From Bugula neritina (Eukaryota > Animalia > Bryozoa), in NCBI GenBank assembly GCA_964035545.1, contig CAXIUT010000115.1, positions 1 to 17,747 of the forward strand: 17,747 nucleotides of DNA. Reading direction: 5' to 3'. Numbering within the stretch: the stretch's first letter is position 1; every line of letters starts with the position of its first letter. The notes beneath the pieces were generated by a model that saw only the letters and a list, made by a program, of their open reading frames with translations, was not told the DNA's origin and made no database searches. The position numbers were made by a program, and so were the translations under genes. This document shows positions 11,583 to 17,747 of the stretch, one piece after another.

Positions 11583-13795
11583 ATGCAATTCGATCATAAT
11601 GAAGCGCAATAAGAAAAAGAACTTAAAAATAAAGTCATTTTCAGTATTCAAGGATTAGGAGGAGTACGCACCATCCAAAGATCAGAAAAAGTTTTTCAAG
11701 CATACATCAAAGGAACTCACTGTGAATAATCAGTATAAGATCTTGTCAAATTCATCAAAAGATAGCCTCACGCAAATCCTAAAACAAGACTTCTTCTTTG
11801 TGACTACAACATATTTTAAAGCGATCTTTTAAAACTCTTACCTTCACAAGTCGATGATAAAAAGCTATCATTCTGGATCATTGCCCTTATGACTCTCCTC
11901 ACCAACAAACCTATTGATGATTTAAACCCTCCATAAACAGCAAAACTCTATGAAAGTCTCAGAGCCTACAAGCAAAGCTGTATCGATAGAGATTGCTTTG
12001 AAGTTTTAACAGTTCATATCGCAGAATACTACAGAATACCTGAATAATCAAGAACAAAAGCACATATTCAGATGCAATAGCTCATAATCTTGTTAATAAG
12101 AAATCTTTTGCAAATACCGAACTAATAAAAGAAACCAAATCTACACAACCACTTCCTAGCAACCATGCTCAAAGGATAAATCATGAATCCTATCCTCTAC
12201 ATACTCCAAAAAGATTTTACACCCTTTAGATATAAAATCGATATTCCTCTACTATAAATCCTCTACTACACCTTCACCTGCTTCGATCCAGAAATTATCT
12301 ATCAGATCAAAAGCAAATCTCTGATTGATATGAACAATATGTGCAAATCGAACAGAGGAACAGTGCCTACTAGACATTCAAGATTCCAACCTTTGTTTTA
12401 GATACCTAATTCAGCTGGGCGTTCAACTCTTTCCTTTAAAATAAAAGGAAACAAAGAAGAAAAACCTTTTTAAGGACAAAGAAAACAACCTCAAAGAATG
12501 GTTTAATACAAAAAAGTTATCAGTCTCTAATCATAAAAATTTACAGCAGATGTAAGAAATATAATATTTAGTTCATGTCCCTGCAAGTTGAAAACGATGG
12601 AATAACTAAAACTCTCAAATAGTATGTCACCACTCTAACAGAATAGTTTTTATAGTTATAATTCTAACTAATAGTTCAACTAACTTTCAACTAAATTTTT
12701 AGATAAACTGGTAAAGTTAGTGACCAAAACATCATGCAATATCTGTTGCTTTGTAGTTGGGCACTACAAATGGTTAGAGCTAAATATCATTATTAAAAAA
12801 GCCAAGTAATTTATAAAATAATTCAGACAAATAATAACTAACTAGATAGAAATGTGAAGTTCTAATTAAGTTGGGTAGTATAAGTCATGCAAAGTACCCA
12901 TTTTGAACTAATCTACAAAATACTCTATAGATAAGCTACCCACTAAAAGAAAAAACACTTCAAAATTAATCTATTCAATGCAGCTATCAAACTCTTCAAC
13001 TCCTACCTTGATGTAGTCGATGATATTTCCAACTCAATGGTGATGGCAGACAGAAAAAATGCCAATATCCTGATGGCTAACATGTTCCGTCATGACATTG
13101 CTAAAATAATTCGATAAGGATTTGGACGAGTCAATCATGAAGGCATCATCATGAGTCTTATCAAAATCACACATAAGTTTTTCAAATTATTGTCGTATTA
13201 TTCAAATGGAAAGGTTTTGATTATCCAAACTAATAAACTTTTGAAAAGAAAAAAGAAACAATATAATTAAGAAGGATAGTAACTCTAGATGTTCAAAGAA
13301 GGATAATAAAACTATTAAGTATAATAAGGCAAAAATAAATAAGAATAAGGTAAATTCCAATAAAGAAAATATAATTAGAAATCATAATTTGCATTCCTAG
13401 CATAATACGATATCATCTCGAAATACATATCTTTCCTTAAACACTAAAAGTTTGTAACAAACTCAAATTAACTCAATTAAGCCATTTTCTTCTTCCTCAT
13501 GCAACTCAAAAAGCTACTAGGAGGATAATGGCTTTTCAATCAGGCATAAACCCTTTGTGTTTTTCAATAAATTTTAGTGAACCATGATTGGTGTCGTAAA
13601 AACAAATAAAAAGCAAAATTTATCCAATCAGTTTGTCTTTCTTTTATCCAACTTTTAAGAAAAAATCCATTAGCTTTAGTTTAAAGTCTATTTAGATATA
13701 GCAACCTTTCAATGAAATAAAATATATTCAAAAATTATTCATAATAATATGAATAAGTATTAGAACCAGAACAAAACATGTTTACAGATGAATGA
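11583..13795 (+). CDS. TIMELESS: Timeless/Tof1/Swi1 family replication-fork protection protein (~730 aa); 20-nt intron at 12552-12571, possible 21-nt intron at 12806-12826; true start may lie beyond the junction
   Basis: YIKGTHCEESVEDLVKFIKRE, FESDLLKLL, MQELIILLIRNLLQIP, LLEILYYTF..FDPE, PTRHSRF and KNPLALVESLF parallel Timeless motifs (CLESVKDL, QSDLLPIL, IERILLLVRNILHVP, LEIVSL, RHSRF, AFVELLF). Confidence 0.9.
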
Positions 13796-13854
13796 TTAAC
13801 AGTCCAATATTTTATAATTTAGTAGTTTTGATAAAATAATTAAATATTGATTTA

Positions 13855-13930
13855 GGGGTTGGGGTTGGGGGTTGGGGTTGGGGTTGGGGTTGGGGTTGGG
13901 GTTGGGGTTGGGGTTGGGGTTGGGGTTGGG
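13855..13930 (+). repeat. Telomeric (GGGGTT)n tract closing the Timeless fragment, internal in this window
   Basis: G4T2 repeats 59 nt after the Timeless TGA. Confidence 0.95.
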
Positions 13931-15056
13931 ACTTTCCACATCTTCAAAAGACATAGAATTTCTCTACACTATCCTCTGCATCATCTCCTTTATATCCCAA
14001 GATCGAATTGAATGATCATAGCTTCCAGAATACAACATATTATCCGCAAAAGATAAAGATATTATACCGTCATCATGACCAGCCAACTCCTCCACCTACT
14101 CCATCTAAGGCCAATGATACACTCTGATCTTTCGATCATCACATCCCACATACAAATGATCAATCAAATACTCCATAGTCAACACCCAACCACCCAAACC
14201 CTCAATCATCTTCTTATGCACAAATTTCTATCTAAATAAATCAATACGTCTGGCTACTCAGGATCAAAAGCATTCAAATCATAGACCAATATCTTGTTTT
14301 CAGTATTTCCAAAGACCACTGTTCCTCGAAACAGAAAAGGCAGTAATAGAATGTTTCTTGAATTTAATACAACGAGTTATCTTATTAGTGCCTCGATCAA
14401 TTTGGTAAAAATGTATTTCGACAACTATCGCATTTATTATTTTATCTTCTCCCGCTCTCAATGCATTCACAGGTCCGTTCGTCTTGTAAACTGTCTAAGC
14501 ATCTCCATTCTATCTAGATATATAGATACAGATATGTTCCAAGTTCGAATTGTTCCATCATAAGAACCACTAATAAGAGTGTTTCCATCCACGTAGAGAT
14601 TGCAGACTCGCTTTGTATGACCGATAAATTGATTCAATATTTCTCCCTGGTTAGTAAAACTCCATTAGACTATTGTTCCGTCTTCAAAACTACCAAATAG
14701 TGTTTTTTAGGTAAAACAAGCCGATACTATCTCTTCTCGGATATCAGGTTTCTGCTATTCTTCCTAAATTATCTAGAGTTGTACTTTTTTTTCTTACTTT
14801 CCCTCGACTTCAAAAATAGCTTCTTCTTCCTTTTACTCTTTACCTTTTAATTTCTTATCAAGCAAAGCTTTGATAGTGATTTATCTTTTAGCCAAATCCC
14901 AACCTGCATATTATGAATAAAACCTCTGACAGATCCATCTTTAGAGATAGAATAAAGCATGTGTCCAGCTTAAGCATAAGGCGAGAAAAGAGTGATGACT
15001 GACTATTTATGTCCTTTGAGTCTATCTTTAAAAGCTCTTGACTTGACAACCTTCAT
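13931..15056 (-). CDS. WD40-repeat protein, 3'-truncated at the telomere junction; 20-nt introns at 14904-14923, 14510-14529 and 14228-14247; one apparent +1 indel near 14335
   Basis: WD repeats LKGHKESVITL..SISKDGSVRGWD, FIGHTKRVCNL..LISGSYDGTIRTWN and LAGHDDGIISL..LYSGSYDHSIRSWD. The frame is still open when it reaches the telomeric tract at 13930. Confidence 0.88.
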
Positions 15057-15143
15057 AATATAAAACTGATAATAAAAACAATAAAACTTGATTTAAATCA
15101 TTAATTATCAATATCTTAATCCTAAATAATTACTTAAACATTT

Positions 15144-16248
15144 ATGATCTCAGAAGAATAAGTTTACTATTTTTATAATAATAAAAAGTCGTTTATCGAT
15201 GAGAGACTATTTCAAATACTTAACAGTAAATGAAATAAACAAGTAGATCAAAGATACTTTCTTTTCAGCTAAACAAAAATAACATAAATGTCATAAAGTC
15301 AAAAAAGAACTCATCCTTCACAAATCAACCAAAAATTTCATCATTATGTTAACTAAATCAAATGCAAACAAATATAATATCAAAACATCATTAATCCCAA
15401 CAATGATCTTTAAATACTATTGAATAGAAGAAAAAAAAAATTAGGATAGTCACTAGAAAAATATTAAAATAAAATCAGATCTAAAACTTTAAATCACTCA
15501 CTTAGATAACCTTATGATCTAGCCAATTAAAGAATCAGTCTAACTATGAATAAAAATAGAAACTATAGTAACCAACCATCTTTCTCTTATCATAAAAATG
15601 ATAACAAATTCGATGACTTTAGACATATATAAAAACATAGATACTAAACTCAACCTACCTAGAATTACTATCAATCAAAAGTTCAATCTAAATTAAAAAA
15701 CCTAAAAGATTATAAACAATCGTATAATTAATATAAAAAATAAGAATTTAAAGATAAAAAACGTTTAAAATCAATACCAAACGTAATAAACATAAGAGTA
15801 GACACGAAAAAACAACAAAAATAATAAATTATTTTCATTTGCAAAAGATAGCATAAAACAATAATAAAGAATAGAAAGTAATATGATATATAAAAAATGA
15901 ATCATATCCAAAAACACTTAAACTATAAACAGCACCAACCTAACCAATAGAACACCCATAAATAACAAATAAATAATATCATAGAAATGAGTTAGATAAA
16001 TAACAATATAAGAAAAGAAAGACATCGAATGTGTAACATAAAGGAATACTATTGATTAAAAATAGAATCAATCGTAATCAATAAAATAGTATCAATCAAT
16101 GGAAAACTAACAAAAAATTATAAAATATCAAAAGTCTTATCCTTAAATACAGTATTAACATTTCATTAGAAGTGATCTAAAAACTAAATTATCCTCATCC
16201 AGCCATCTCTACTATCAAATTAAAGCCATCAGAAGCAAATCTAAATGA
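15144..16248 (+). CDS. Hypothetical low-complexity (N/K/E-rich) protein; probable 21-nt intron at 15226-15246; a probable frameshift, otherwise it ends at 16055
   Basis: ATG at 15144 and long TGA-free frames filling the space between the WD40 and PDF genes. No recognisable domain. Confidence 0.5.
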
Positions 16249-16271
16249 TATTTATTATTTTATACACTAAA

Positions 16272-16826
16272 ATGACCTGTAGAAAAGTAGTCAGAATGGG
16301 TGATCCAGTCCTCAGATAAGTAGCCCAAGACATCCCAATCGAATAAATCAAATCTAAATAAATCCAATCTCTCATCCAAGATCTCACCATCACGATGAAG
16401 TAATACAAAGGACTTGGAATAGCCGCTCCACAAATAGCCGTCTCCAAACAAGTCTGTCTCATCGACATCCCAGCCTATAACGCAAGATATGGATAACTCA
16501 CTCCTGTCCCCTTCACCATCGTCATCAACCCAAAAATAACAATCCTCAATCCAGACAAACAAGGCTTCTGGTAAGGCTGTCTCTCTATTCCAGCATTCGA
16601 GGATACGTAAGAAGACCGAAAAAGATAAAAGTAGAATTTTACAACTAAAAAGCATAATAGATAACAATGGATATATAAGGTATGGGAGCAGTGGTCTTCC
16701 AACACGAAGTAGATCATCTCATGGGCGTCCTCTTCGTAGATAAAGGTCGAACCAACCAAAATAGCCTATATTGAATAATTCTAGCAATTCGCTATTTACA
16801 AAACTGAAAAAGTCCTTGATGACTGA
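16272..16826 (+). CDS. def: Peptide deformylase, bacterial-like (~184 aa); two apparent single-base indels (~16593, ~16744)
   Basis: All three PDF motifs are present: GLGIAAPQI, W[TAA=E]GCLSIP and QHEVDHLMGVLFVD. N-terminus MTCRKVVRMGDPVLR. Intronless. Confidence 0.92.
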
Positions 16827-16883
16827 ATATATTCAATAAGTAATATAATCATCGTATAACAAATTTCTTCTTTACATCCATCT

Positions 16884-17585
16884 TCATTTCCTAGTCTTAT
16901 TCGTTTGCAGCAGTTTATCTTTCTTTTTAATCGTATTGCCGATTGAATTCATGAGACGTGAACCCGTAATCAGAAAATAAGACACTTTGGTTCTTTATTC
17001 CAGATACATTTTGAACTGCAGGCGTGCATTTAGCTGTCTTAGAATTTCTATTTCTTTACAAATAGTCAACTCCCTCTTGGTTTCCTTCTGTTGCTTCATC
17101 AAATATTATATAGTGCTCTTTAAAGCCTTCTTCACTCCCACCTTGTCCTGGTTCTTCTTCAAAGTAGCTATATTCACCTCTTTGTACCCACTTCTCTGTC
17201 GATATTTAGCCTTTTCCACAGGTTTGATATCCTTGAACTCGATATATTTTTATTCATCTTGCTCATCCGATTTTATTTGTTTACTTTGTCAGATCTAAAC
17301 AAATAAAATACGACACCCCAATTGCCCTCTTTGATACTATACTTTTATTTATTTCCAAAAGAAGACCTATCAATGATCCAACTTTTAAACTAACTCTTGA
17401 GGCTAATACCTCCAAATTTAAAATTAGATTCTTTCCCCTTTCGACACATTGAATCCTACTTCCTCAACTATCTTGTCCTAACCAACTCGACTAACAAAAA
17501 TCTATTCAGATAGAAATCTAAAGTAGATATTATTATTTGTCGGGAGAGATGAAGTCAGTACAATTTTAGTAATTTAAATATTCAT
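16884..17585 (-). CDS. Hypothetical protein; 20-nt introns at 17390-17409 and 17295-17314; probable indel near 17247; 3' end uncertain
   Basis: MNIEITKIVLTSSLPTNNNIYFRF...ERIEFEIWS|LKVGSLIG...AIGV|SDKVNK. Two 20-nt GT-AG introns avoid two TGAs. Basic, coiled C-terminal part. Confidence 0.5.
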
Positions 17586-17590
17586 AGTAT

Positions 17591-17624
17591 TATAATAAAC
17601 TATCACATATAATAAACTATCACA
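17591..17624 (+). repeat. Perfect 17-bp tandem duplication (tataataaactatcaca)x2 in the subtelomeric leader
   Basis: Seen directly at 17591-17607 and 17608-17624. Confidence 0.9.
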
Positions 17625-17663
17625 TTTTAACTTTCTTATAAGGAAATTTCTCATACTAAGTCC

Positions 17664-17747
17664 GGGGTTGGGGTTGGGGTTGGGGTTGGGGGTTGGGGTT
17701 GGGGTTGGGGTTGGGGTTGGGGTTGGGGTTGGGGTTGGGGTTGGGGG
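17664..17747 (+). repeat. Telomeric (GGGGTT)n tract, right end
   Basis: G4T2 repeats, some G5T2, to the window end. Confidence 0.98.

Noticed and set aside
11511-13930. Telomere-bearing transposon or germline internal telomeric element
   Set aside because: The two tracts are in direct rather than inverted orientation, the enclosed gene is Timeless rather than a transposase, and the flanking ORF pieces do not rejoin when the segment is removed.
713-16826. Standard ciliate code (UAR=Gln), or a split code with UAA and UAG meaning different residues
   Set aside because: Both codons independently occupy conserved Glu positions (PDF EGCLS, Timeless, calmodulin GE.L, TPR Y.EA) and acidic runs.
6925-17250. 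Programmed ribosomal frameshifting or pseudogenisation at frame breaks (~6930-6990, ~14335, ~16593, ~16744, ~17247)
   Set aside because: The breaks are single-base gains or losses at homopolymers in both directions with no shared slippery-stop motif, and telomere tracts show similar G3/G5 errors. This is most consistent with long-read error; polishing would settle it.
815-17298. The supplied six-frame ORFs as genes
   Set aside because: They were computed with TAA/TAG as stops. Only 815-1036, 5631-5984 and 8212-8403 are in-frame pieces of real genes; the rest are antisense or off-frame shadows.
17289-17372. Two in-frame TGA codons suggesting UGA readthrough or Trp/Cys reassignment
   Set aside because: Two 20-nt GT-AG introns (17390-17409, 17295-17314) plus one homopolymer indel explain them, and conserved Trp residues elsewhere use TGG.
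1-17747. CRISPR array, rRNA or tRNA genes
   Set aside because: The only repeats are telomeric hexamers without spacers, and the intergenic gaps are too short and AT-rich to hold recognisable structured RNA genes.

Overview
AT-rich ciliate macronuclear DNA, not prokaryotic. The supplied ORF track uses the standard code and is almost entirely misleading. Read by hand, TAA and TAG both encode Glu (NCBI table 30, described for peritrich ciliates) and TGA is the only stop. Five (CCCCAA)n/(TTGGGG)n telomeric tracts (1-100, 588-605, 11511-11568, 13855-13930, 17664-17747) split the window into four pieces. The central piece is an apparently complete telomere-to-telomere ~11 kb mini-chromosome (588-11568) with six tightly packed genes: RRP12, a calmodulin-like EF-hand protein, a CENP-B/Tc5-type HTH protein, RNase H2 subunit C, a TPR protein and a coiled-coil protein. 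Three single-telomere fragments are joined to telomere ends: a coiled-coil gene fragment; a Timeless/Tof1 gene; and a block of truncated WD40 gene, hypothetical gene, bacterial-type peptide deformylase and hypothetical gene. The joins are most likely chimeric. Thirteen inferred GT-AG introns are all exactly 20 nt, and 12 of 13 have an A exactly 6 nt from the 3' end. A few single-base indels at homopolymers suggest an unpolished long read. Protein identifications are from recalled family motifs; no database search was run.
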